A model generated the notes under the pieces. The model had not been told where the DNA came from. It made no database searches and saw only the letters and a program-made list of their open reading frames with translations. A program made the position numbers and the translations under genes. Shown here piece by piece: positions 1 to 8,085 of a DNA stretch of 64,000 nucleotides. Each line of letters starts with the position of its first letter. The first letter of the stretch is position 1. The DNA comes from Nitrospirota bacterium (GTDB taxonomy: Bacteria > Nitrospirota > Nitrospiria > Nitrospirales > Nitrospiraceae): assembly GCA_034440335.1 (NCBI GenBank), contig JAWXBV010000194.1:4980-68979 (forward strand). The letters run 5' to 3'.

Positions 1-300
1 TTCGTCCGTCTGGGGGATACGAGCCTACGGGCGGGCGGGTGATCGTCGATCCTAGGCCAATGCTGTGCGAAATATTTCTGATGCATCATGAAAAAAATCA
101 GCGAGAACGTGCTTGACAGTCAAGACAGTTGCTGTCCCATTTTCCCTCTCTGTCTGTCAAATCCGGGCCACCTCACAACGACCCCAGTGACTCGCCCTAA
201 TGTCTCTTTCTCTCTAGTACATCTGCAGCTTGCAATTCAGACAGGACTTCCCTAGCATTTCTCCGCTTCCCCAGCCACCCATTCTCCAAGGAGATCGCGC

Positions 301-1644
301 ATGAAACGGCTCGTCTTGACAGTCATGCTGATTGTCGGCCTTGTCCCACCCGCCTGGGCTGAGGTCCGCGCAATCACGGCAACAGGCGAATATCGAATGG
401 GCGATAACGATACTCGTGCCGATGCAAAGCGGATGGCGCTCCAAGATGCCAAACGTCTCGCGCTGGAACAGGCCGGGACCTATATTGAAGGCATTACCGA
501 GGTCAAGAACTTCGCTTTGAGCCGGGATGAGCTGCGCGCCTACATAGCCGGCATCGTGGAGACGACGGAACACGGGGCCAGCAGCACGATGGAGGGGCAG
601 CAACAGGTCGTGCGGGTGGTTGTGAACTGCAAGATTGATACGGACGTTGTAGCGCGACAGATTGACGCACTGCGCAAGAACGAGGCCGTGAAGGCGGAGT
701 TGCTCCAAACCCGGCAAGAAGCGGACCAGCTCCGGCAAGAACTGGGAACCAAAACCCGCGAACTGGCGGCGGTCACGTCTAAGACAGAGGCCGAGACGAT
801 CGCGCAGGCCAGGCGCAAGGTTCTCACCGGGCAAGATGTGAATAGTCTGGTCGCCCAGGCATGGGTGGCATTGGGCGGACCCAGTAAGACTTTAATTCTT
901 GGCTCGTCCTCGATAGGGGGACGTCGGCACGCAAGGAACCTGATCGAGCAGGCGCTGGCACTCGATGCATCAAACCCCGATGTACACGTGATTACCGGTG
1001 GTTTGCTCATGGAAGAAGGGAACCTAGAGGGAGCCATTGCCGAGTACCGCACGGCGATCCGCCTGAAGCCCGATGATGCCAACGCCCATAATTCCCTCGG
1101 CGGCGCGCTTTATCTGAAAGGTGATCTCGACGGGGCTATCGTTGAACATCGCACTGCGATACGTGCAAAGCCCGATCATGCCCTCGCCCATAACAACCTA
1201 GGATTTATGCTCCACAAGAAAGGGGACCTCGAAGGGGCCATTGTTGAATATCGCACAGCGATACGCTTGAAGCCCGACGATGCCAGTTTCCACCACAACC
1301 TCGGGATTGCACTTACGGCCAAAGGGGATGTGGAGGGAGCGATCGCTGAATACCGCACTGCGATCCGATTGAAGCCCGATGATGCTGAATCTCGCCACAG
1401 CCTTGGGGTAGCGCTCTATGAGAAAAATGATCTCGACGGAGCTATCGTTGAATATCGCATCGCGATACATTTGATGCCTGATAATGCAGGCTTCCATGCC
1501 AGTCTCGGCCTTGCATTCAAAGCCAAAGGACAACAGGTTGAGGCAGCACGGGAGTTTCGCGAGTATTTGCGGCTGACACCGGATACGCCAGCGAATCGGC
1601 CAAAGATCGAGAAGGCGCGGGCAGCCCTCCGCGAGATCGAGTGA
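301..1644 (+). CDS. Secreted TPR-repeat protein (N-terminal LPP20/FlgO-like region, coiled coil, about seven TPR units)
   Basis: 447-aa ORF with signal peptide MKRLVLTVMLIVGLVPPAWA. Contains reiterated 34-aa units of the form GAI(A/V)EYRTAIRLKPDDA.AH.NLG..L..KGDL. Confidence 0.85.
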   Translation: MKRLVLTVMLIVGLVPPAWAEVRAITATGEYRMGDNDTRADAKRMALQDAKRLALEQAGTYIEGITEVKNFALSRDELRAYIAGIVETTEHGASSTMEGQQQVVRVVVNCKIDTDVVARQIDALRKNEAVKAELLQTRQEADQLRQELGTKTRELAAVTSKTEAETIAQARRKVLTGQDVNSLVAQAWVALGGPSKTLILGSSSIGGRRHARNLIEQALALDASNPDVHVITGGLLMEEGNLEGAIAEYRTAIRLKPDDANAHNSLGGALYLKGDLDGAIVEHRTAIRAKPDHALAHNNLGFMLHKKGDLEGAIVEYRTAIRLKPDDASFHHNLGIALTAKGDVEGAIAEYRTAIRLKPDDAESRHSLGVALYEKNDLDGAIVEYRIAIHLMPDNAGFHASLGLAFKAKGQQVEAAREFREYLRLTPDTPANRPKIEKARAALREIE

Positions 1645-1663
1645 CCGACGGGGATGAATTTAA

Positions 1664-1700
1664 GGGATCGGAGTCTTTCCCAGAGACTCCCGACCCCTTT
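1664..1700 (+). terminator. Hairpin plus T-rich tail after the TPR gene; possibly bidirectional, since it faces a convergent minus-strand gene
   Basis: gggatcggagtct / agactcccgacccc stem with one mismatch, followed by tttacaattt. Confidence 0.4.
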
Positions 1701-1749
1701 ACAATTTCTAAAACAACGTGGCTGGTTCAGGAAGGCGGACAGGGGGCTG

Positions 1750-2145
1750 TTAGAGGTCGCAGATATCGAAGTAGGGTCGAATAGAAAGCGGAACATGCGT
1801 AAAGCCTATTGCCACCGATGCGTAGAAACGATGGAGACCGTCTCGGACAGCGAACGGAAATTTGTTAGCCCCGGGCGGGCAGTGAGCCACTATTGCTGGA
1901 AGTCGAGCGTTAGAACGAAATCCGCGGAGAATCGTAACCATGCGATCATGATGAAACCAGGTTACACCGGGATCGCGGAGAGGCGGATCAACTTGCTCGA
2001 TTGGCACGAGTTGGACCTGGAATTCCTCATTCGGAAGAGCAAGATAGCCGGAGGATTGCGGCCGAAAGGATGTCATCTCGGCCTCGTGCCACCACGCGTC
2101 TGGGATATCAAAATCCATTTGCACATGAGAGCACGAAAATCGCAT
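1750..2145 (-). CDS. ParB/sulfiredoxin-fold (ParB N-terminal-like) domain protein
   Basis: Motif FPFAVRDGLHRFYASVAIGFTHVP carries the DGxHR core of the ParB-like nuclease/Srx fold. Start is ambiguous: TTG 2163, ATG 2145 or ATG 2118. Confidence 0.55.
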   Translation of the reverse strand: MRFSCSHVQMDFDIPDAWWHEAEMTSFRPQSSGYLALPNEEFQVQLVPIEQVDPPLRDPGVTWFHHDRMVTILRGFRSNARLPAIVAHCPPGANKFPFAVRDGLHRFYASVAIGFTHVPLSIRPYFDICDL

Positions 2146-2207
2146 GCGCCCTCTACCGCACAAGCTCAGGAGCGCGTCGCTTGTGGTCGGTTCACTAGAG
2201 CGTCCTG

Positions 2208-2801
2208 TCAGGGCTCTGAAACAAGACTCGCACTATGTACCCCGTTTCCAAATGTGAACAATCCTTCTTTCGGTTTTGGGCGTGCATTATGCAGTTTCTC
2301 TAAAACCGCCCGCACATCTTCGCGCGCCCGTTTAGCGAAAACATCCGTTTGGATTAACCGCTCCCAATCTGTGAGAGGTCTTTGACCAAGGTAGTCATCC
2401 AGTTTGTTGTTACAATCTCGCAACTCAGGTTTTGGTGTGATCTCTTCCGATCGTCCGTGGGCCAGTGTGTTTCTAAACTGAAGAAGTTCGCTGATGGTCT
2501 GGAGCGGCCTTATTCCTGGACCATCGGGAAATTTGACACGTAGAGTTTCACAAAGAAGTTCAAACTTTGACTGGGGAGGCAGCCGCTCCAATCTCTTCCA
2601 ACAAGATATAACCGAAGGGCCAACATGGTTCAGATACGCCTCAAAGGCGAATGCCGTTAACACAGCGCTCGACAAAAATTGCCACGATGAGCCACGGGGC
2701 TCTTTCATCCCGGCTTTGAGTACACAATCCGATGCATGCCAAAGCTCGGAGTAGGCGTGGACTGTCCGCTTTTTTGTTACAAGAACCTTTTGCAGCTTCA
2801 T
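2208..2801 (-). CDS. HEPN-domain protein (Abi-like, predicted RNase)
   Basis: 197-aa ORF with FRNTLAHG (Rx4H HEPN signature) preceded by AFEAYLNH. SD-like aagggga lies upstream of the ATG. The region is AT-richer than its flanks. Confidence 0.6.
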   Translation of the reverse strand: MKLQKVLVTKKRTVHAYSELWHASDCVLKAGMKEPRGSSWQFLSSAVLTAFAFEAYLNHVGPSVISCWKRLERLPPQSKFELLCETLRVKFPDGPGIRPLQTISELLQFRNTLAHGRSEEITPKPELRDCNNKLDDYLGQRPLTDWERLIQTDVFAKRAREDVRAVLEKLHNARPKPKEGLFTFGNGVHSASLVSEP

Positions 2802-3044
2802 CGTACATCCCCTTTCTGAAATACAGGAACAGGCTACTTTTTCGTATGAGCAGAGTCAAATTCCATCCGGGAGGTGTGCCTGGGCTTAGCCCGCATTATT
2901 CATGAAGCTTCTGCTGCAAGCACGGATACGCGGCTGTGACGGGCAGTCTCGCCGTTTAGCCCTTCCACATACTGCACGAGTATGCCTTAGAATGACCCCA
3001 GCTTTTTCCCACATTTCATTTTCAAAGGTAGCCTGGTCGATCCT

Positions 3045-3103
3045 CGATTGCGCGCGTCCAACGAGGGGAGTCCGCGACCGCGCGTTGCGCGAGCAAAGGA
3101 GAT
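3045..3103. repeat. Partial copy of repeat family C (see 45805-45945 and 46190-46285)
   Basis: gcgcgcgtccaacgaggg....cgcgttgcgcgagca is shared with the 46.2 kb copy. Confidence 0.4.
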
Positions 3104-3346
3104 TAGGGTGAGTACGCGATTGGGTGTGCTAAGGCTCAGAGCGGACGTTGCCGGAGAAGCGGGGACCCAGCGAGACTCTGCCGGGGAGGAAAGCGGAAAC
3201 TGACTGAGTCCGCGAAGGAATTTCCGAAGGTTTCCGCCCGGCAGGGTCCGCTGGGCCGCTTCGGGAGGCACGGGAGCGAAGGGCCTTGGCACACCCTGAC
3301 TCCAGGCGGTGACGGATACAAGAGGTAATAAGAAAATGAACGGAAG

Positions 3347-4438
3347 CTAGACGTTAAAGCGGAAATACACGATGTCGGCTTCTTTGATCACGTAGTCTTT
3401 TCCTTCGAGCCGAAACAGCCCCTTCTCCTTCACCTTCGCCTCCGACCCGCAAGCCATCAAGTCGTCGTAATGATAGACCTCGGCGCGGATGAAGCCGCGC
3501 TCCATGTCGGAGTGAATCTTGCCTGCCGCTTGTGGCGCTTTCATGTTTTTCGGAATCGGCCAGGCCCGGGATTCGATTTCTCCAGCAGTGAAGAAGGTCA
3601 CGATGTTCAGCAGCTGGTAGGCTTCACGGGTCAACCGGACAAGACCCGATTCTGTGAGGCCCATTTCTTTCAAGAAGTCGATCCGTTCGGATTCTGGCAA
3701 CGTGGAGAGTTCGGCTTCGAGTTGGCCGCAGATCGTCACGACGCGCGCGCCGCGTTTGTCGGCGAACTCGCGAACCGCCTTCACCATCGCCTCATCGGCG
3801 CTGGCCTGTTCCGATACATTGGCCACGAAGAGCACCGGCTTTGCCGCCAGTAATTGACATTCATCGAGCACCAGGCGCTCTTCGGGGGTATAGGTCAGGT
3901 TGCCCAGCCATTCACCCTTGTCGAGCAGCCCGATCAGTTTGTCGATGAACGCCATCTCAAAGGCGGCCTTCTTATCGCCCGCTCGGACTTTCTTTTCCGT
4001 CTTTTGCTTCCGCCGATCGAGCGTGTCGAGATCGGCCAACAGCAATTCGGTTTCAATGATGCCGATGTCGCGAAGAGGATTCACCGCTCCACTGACGTGC
4101 ACAACATCCGTTCCCTGGAAACAACGGACGACATGGAGCAGCGCATCGACTTCACGGATGTGTCCGAGAAACTGATTGCCCAAGCCTTCACCCTTGCTGG
4201 CCCCTTCGACCAAACCCGCAATGTCACGAACCTCCAGCGTACTATAGGTCGTCTTCTTCGACTTAAAGAAGTCGGTCAGGACGATAAGCCGCGGATCCGG
4301 CACCGGGGCGATGCCGGTATTGGGATCGACGGTGGCGAAGGGATAGTTGGCCGCCAACGCGCCACTGCCGGTGAGCGCGTTGAAGACGGTGGTCTTCCCC
4401 ACGTTCGGGAGTCCGATCATGCCGCAACAGAGACCCAT
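3347..4438 (-). CDS. ychF: Ribosome-binding ATPase YchF
   Basis: 363 aa with P-loop GLPNVGKTTVFNALT and the typical C-terminus DIVYFRFNV. Confidence 0.95.
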   Translation of the reverse strand: MGLCCGMIGLPNVGKTTVFNALTGSGALAANYPFATVDPNTGIAPVPDPRLIVLTDFFKSKKTTYSTLEVRDIAGLVEGASKGEGLGNQFLGHIREVDALLHVVRCFQGTDVVHVSGAVNPLRDIGIIETELLLADLDTLDRRKQKTEKKVRAGDKKAAFEMAFIDKLIGLLDKGEWLGNLTYTPEERLVLDECQLLAAKPVLFVANVSEQASADEAMVKAVREFADKRGARVVTICGQLEAELSTLPESERIDFLKEMGLTESGLVRLTREAYQLLNIVTFFTAGEIESRAWPIPKNMKAPQAAGKIHSDMERGFIRAEVYHYDDLMACGSEAKVKEKGLFRLEGKDYVIKEADIVYFRFNV

Positions 4439-4444
4439 AGGCTG

Positions 4445-4532
4445 AACTCAGTTCTGAGTTATGAGTGCTGAGTTCTAAGTTATTGGGCTGTCCCTGAAAA
4501 ACTCAGAACTCTCAACTCAGAACTCACAACTC
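4445..4532. repeat. Imperfect hairpin whose arms are reiterations of the word GAGTTCT/AGAACTC
   Basis: Left arm aactcagttctgagttatgagtgctgagttctaagtt; right arm aaaaactcagaactctcaactcagaactcacaac. Lies between the pth stop and the ychF start. Confidence 0.6.
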
Positions 4533-5108
4533 GTTGTTTTCCTCTCGTTCCCGCACATTAAACTGATTCATCGCCACGGCCATTCCCCGGTGGATCAGGC
4601 ATTCCAACGCATCGACGGCACGATCGAGACAGGGACTCACGACTTCAATCTCGTCTCTCGTGAACATCTGCAACACATAGTCCGCCGAGTCTTGACGCGG
4701 TGCCGGTCGACCGATTCCGATCTTAATGCGCACAAATTGGGCCGTCCCGATCGCGTCAATGACCGACTTGACCCCATTATGTCCTCCATGCCCGCCGGTT
4801 TGCTTGATCCGGAGACGTCCTAGATCGAGATCAAGATCGTCATGGACGAGAATGAGATCGGCGGCGGTCAGCGAATACTCGCGCAGGAGGCCTTTGAGCG
4901 GAGGACCTGTGATGTTCATCCAATCGAGGGTGCCGGCGAGTTCGAGAAGTTCTGACCCAAGTCGTCCCGATCCACGATGAGCCATGCCGCGCTTGGCAAG
5001 ACGGATGGACCACCGAGCCGCAGCCCGCTCGATGGCCCACATGCCGACGTTGTGGCGGGTTGGGGCGTAGGCAGCGCCAGGATTGCCCAGCCCAACGATG
5101 AGACGCAA
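4524..5108 (-). CDS. pth: Peptidyl-tRNA hydrolase
   Basis: 194 aa, begins (TTG)RLIVGLGNPG. Contains HNVG and GHGGHNG motifs. Confidence 0.95.
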   Translation of the reverse strand: MRLIVGLGNPGAAYAPTRHNVGMWAIERAAARWSIRLAKRGMAHRGSGRLGSELLELAGTLDWMNITGPPLKGLLREYSLTAADLILVHDDLDLDLGRLRIKQTGGHGGHNGVKSVIDAIGTAQFVRIKIGIGRPAPRQDSADYVLQMFTRDEIEVVSPCLDRAVDALECLIHRGMAVAMNQFNVREREENNEL

Positions 5109-5110
5109 CG

Positions 5111-5896
5111 TTATTTCTTCTTTTCGGCTTCTTTCTTCTCAGCTTTGGGCGCGGCAGCGCCTTTTTTCTCGCCGCCCTTCGCATCAGGAGCGGCAGCCGT
5201 CGCACCAGCTTTCGCCGCATCACCCCCCTCAGCGCCTTCACCAGCCACTTTGCCCTTCGCGACCACTTCAGGTTCTTTCCCACCCTCCGGTGCAGTGGCG
5301 CCGCTGGCAAGAAGCGATTCGAGCTTGGCGTCCGTCATCGGCGCCGCCACACTTACGACCATCTGCTCAGGGTCATCGAGATAGCGGATCCCTTCCCGTG
5401 CGGCCACGTCTTTCAGATGGAGACCTTGCGCAATGGCAATCCCTGAAGCATCGACTTCGATAAAGTCCGGCAACACCGCCGGCAAACACTCAATATGTAA
5501 CTCACGCATATTGTGATGGAGGATACCGCCTTCCTTGACGCCGGCAGGCACCCCACCGGTCAAATGGAGGGGTACTTTCACACGAATCGGCTTGTCCATC
5601 GAAATTTCAAACAGATCCGCATGGAGGACATGTCCTTCGACAGGATCCACCTGAAAATCCCGCAACAAGGCGGTGCGGTTCGGTTTCGACTGCGCACCGG
5701 TGAGCGTGAGTGACACGAGCGCGGCTCCCCCGGCCTGTGCCTTCAAAATCTTGACCAGGCTATCTGGCTCAATCGTCAAGAGGAGGCACTCGCCCTGCCC
5801 ATACAACACCCCTGGGATCTTGCCCTCCCGTCGAAGTTGGCGCGCCGCACCCTTTCCCGTTTTCTCTCTGACTGAGACTGCTAGATCGAACTTCAT
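5111..5896 (-). CDS. rplY: 50S ribosomal protein L25 / general stress protein Ctc, with an Ala/Lys/Gly/Glu-rich C-terminal tail
   Basis: MKFDLAVSVREKTGKGAARQLRREGKIPGVLYG. GGAGG lies 7 nt upstream of the ATG at 5896; the ORF-track start at 5959 is an upstream extension. Confidence 0.9.
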   Translation of the reverse strand: MKFDLAVSVREKTGKGAARQLRREGKIPGVLYGQGECLLLTIEPDSLVKILKAQAGGAALVSLTLTGAQSKPNRTALLRDFQVDPVEGHVLHADLFEISMDKPIRVKVPLHLTGGVPAGVKEGGILHHNMRELHIECLPAVLPDFIEVDASGIAIAQGLHLKDVAAREGIRYLDDPEQMVVSVAAPMTDAKLESLLASGATAPEGGKEPEVVAKGKVAGEGAEGGDAAKAGATAAAPDAKGGEKKGAAAPKAEKKEAEKKK

Positions 5897-6011
5897 ATTA
5901 GGCCTCCGTCCCCTTCTCTCTGATCTCGAGCAAGATGCGAAAAAGTCCGCCAGCGGCATGCGCCGTAACCCAAGCTCTGCTGCAGTCTGCTAGCTGTCTC
6001 GGTCTCACATT

Positions 6012-6953
6012 TTATAAAAACAATGAACTCACCGACTCATCTTCATGGATTCGCCTGATCGCCTCACCTAATAGCGGCGCGATCGATAATTGATGCAACT
6101 TCGGGCAGATCAGCTCTTTGCCCCGTAACGGAATCGAATTGGTCACGATCACTTGCCTTAGGCAGGATTGCTGGATCCGGTCCAATGCCGGCCCGGTGAG
6201 CACCGCATGGGTACAAGCGGTCCACACCTCCCGAGCCCCTTTATCCATACAAGCCTGCGCCCCCTTCACAATGGTGCCGGCCGTGTCGATCATGTCGTCC
6301 AGTAACAGCGCACTCTTGCCTGCCACGTCGCCGATGATGTTCATGATCTGTGTCTGATTGGGTCCTTCACGTCGCTTGTCGATAATGGCCAAATTCGCTT
6401 CGAGCCGTTTCGCAAAAGCGCGAGCCCGTTCCACTCCACCGGCGTCAGGCGACACCACCACCAGGTCATTCACTTTCTGCTTCGTAATGTAATCCAACAA
6501 GACGGGCAGTGCATACAGATGGTCCACCGGTATATTGAAGAATCCTTGGATCTGCCCCGCATGGAGATCCATCGTCAACACTCGATCGGTGCCGGCGGTG
6601 CTGATGAGATCGGCCACGAGCTTTGCTGAAATCGGCACACGTGGCTGATCTTTACGATCCTGGCGGGCATAGCCGAAATAGGGGATGACCGCGGTGATGC
6701 GCTTTGCGGAGGATCGCTTGAGGGCATCGATAATGATCAACAGCTCCATCAGGGAGTCATTGACCGGCTGGCAACTCGACTGCACGACGAACACATCGCC
6801 GCCGCGAACGTTTTCTTCAATCTTGACGCGAATCTCGCCGTCACTGAACGACCCGACTGTGGCCTCGCCAAGCTTGGTCCCCAGGTAGGCACAAATCTCA
6901 TGGGCTAGCGCCGGATTCGCGTTGCCAGAGAATATCTGTAGCTCTCCGCTCAT
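6012..6953 (-). CDS. prs: Ribose-phosphate pyrophosphokinase
   Basis: 313 aa with [21 protein letters not shown] and [12 protein letters not shown]. Confidence 0.95.
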   Translation of the reverse strand: MSGELQIFSGNANPALAHEICAYLGTKLGEATVGSFSDGEIRVKIEENVRGGDVFVVQSSCQPVNDSLMELLIIIDALKRSSAKRITAVIPYFGYARQDRKDQPRVPISAKLVADLISTAGTDRVLTMDLHAGQIQGFFNIPVDHLYALPVLLDYITKQKVNDLVVVSPDAGGVERARAFAKRLEANLAIIDKRREGPNQTQIMNIIGDVAGKSALLLDDMIDTAGTIVKGAQACMDKGAREVWTACTHAVLTGPALDRIQQSCLRQVIVTNSIPLRGKELICPKLHQLSIAPLLGEAIRRIHEDESVSSLFL

Positions 6954-7126
6954 CGATTCCTCAGAGGGTTTCTGGATGCGACTGCGTCACATTCTAATTT
7001 CGTATAGGGTTCGTCTCGACGGCGGGCGTCGGTGGGGGCAATCGTAACCCGCCTACCCAGTTCGCTACACGCTGTTGAGGAAGCCAGCTAAGTGGTCAGA
7101 CTCTATCGGAATATTCGGGGAGTTGT

Positions 7127-7158
7127 CAACCGAGCCACGGCCTGGCGTGGCTCGGTTG
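7127..7158 (-). terminator. Perfect 13-bp stem hairpin abutting the ispE stop codon
   Basis: caaccgagccacg-gcctgg-cgtggctcggttg. There is no clear U-tract, so it may be a stabiliser rather than an intrinsic terminator. Confidence 0.5.
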
Positions 7159-8085
7159 CTATCGCCAGGCGAGCGGGCCTGAACAGGTGGGAACGAGAAA
7201 CGTCTTCGTCGAACTCTCGTGTGCGAACTGAGTCTGGGCCAGGCGCGCGCGCGCCTCGTCCGCAAACACCCCGAACACCGTCGCCCCACTTCCGGACAGC
7301 AACGCGATCTCAGCTCCGTGAGTCTGCAAGGTCAGTTTTATGTCCCGAAGCACCCCATGTGCGGCAAAGACCGGCGCTTCGAAATCGTTCTCACCCGCGG
7401 CAATCAATTGAGCCCAGCCCACTCGCGACTGCCGGTCAAGTTCACGCTGGCCCGGCGACAGCGGCATCACAGAGGTCCTGGTGGCAGCCAACTCTTGATA
7501 GGCCCACTTGGTATCGACCCCGAACCCTGGGTTCACCAGCACAACCCATCGCGCGCCTTCGACGACCACCGGACGAACTATTTCTCCTCGACCAGCCACG
7601 AACGCTGAGGGGCCAAAGAGAAAGAAGGGTACATCGCTCCCTAACGATTGTCCGACTTCAGCCATCTGCGTCGGAGACCACTCCAACCGTAATAGATGGT
7701 TCAACCCGATGATGGTGGCTGCGGCATCGCTGCTTCCACCACCGAGGCCGGCTCCCATCGGAATGCGCTTTCGCAGCTCAATGTCGAGCCCGATCGATTG
7801 CCGGGCTCGCGCTAACACCGCGGCAGCTGCGCGATAGACGAGATTACTCTGGTCTGCAAGCAACTGCGTCGCATCACACCTCAGGTGAATATCCTGTCGA
7901 TCAGCACACAATCTGATCTGCACCTCATCGTCGAGGGCAACGGTGTGCATGATCGACCAGAGATTGTGGAACCCGTCGGGGCGGCGGTCGAGAATACGCA
8001 GGATCACGTTGATTTTGGCAGGGGCAAAAACGGTGATCTCGGATGGGCTTGGCTGCGGATTAATCACGGCCTCCCTTGATGGCAT
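7159..8085 (-). CDS. ispE: 4-diphosphocytidyl-2-C-methyl-D-erythritol kinase
   Basis: 308 aa, APAKINVILRILDRRPDGFHNL, GHMP kinase loop PMGAGLGGGSSDAAA. Confidence 0.9.
   Translation of the reverse strand: MPSREAVINPQPSPSEITVFAPAKINVILRILDRRPDGFHNLWSIMHTVALDDEVQIRLCADRQDIHLRCDATQLLADQSNLVYRAAAAVLARARQSIGLDIELRKRIPMGAGLGGGSSDAAATIIGLNHLLRLEWSPTQMAEVGQSLGSDVPFFLFGPSAFVAGRGEIVRPVVVEGARWVVLVNPGFGVDTKWAYQELAATRTSVMPLSPGQRELDRQSRVGWAQLIAAGENDFEAPVFAAHGVLRDIKLTLQTHGAEIALLSGSGATVFGVFADEARARLAQTQFAHESSTKTFLVPTCSGPLAWR

Noticed and set aside
113-160. TTGACA with an inverted repeat (tgacagtcaagacag ... ctgtctgtca) upstream of the TPR gene, as a promoter/operator
   Set aside because: No acceptable -10 hexamer lies at 16-18 nt spacing, and the site is about 150 nt from the start codon at the very edge of the window. 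There is too little context to call it.
2860-3340. ORFs (69, 101 and 61 aa) and a possible structured RNA in the GC-rich spacer between the HEPN gene and ychF
   Set aside because: The ORFs are Arg/Pro/Ser-rich and overlap one another on both strands. Part of the spacer is a family C repeat copy. I could not match any known RNA family (SRP, 6S, RNase P, tmRNA) by eye, so no call is made.
6954-7158. Possible tRNA between prs and ispE, a position where some genomes carry tRNA-Gln
   Set aside because: Neither strand shows a T-arm (GGTTCGAATCC-like) or a cloverleaf-compatible acceptor pairing. The only strong structure is the 13-bp hairpin at 7127-7158.
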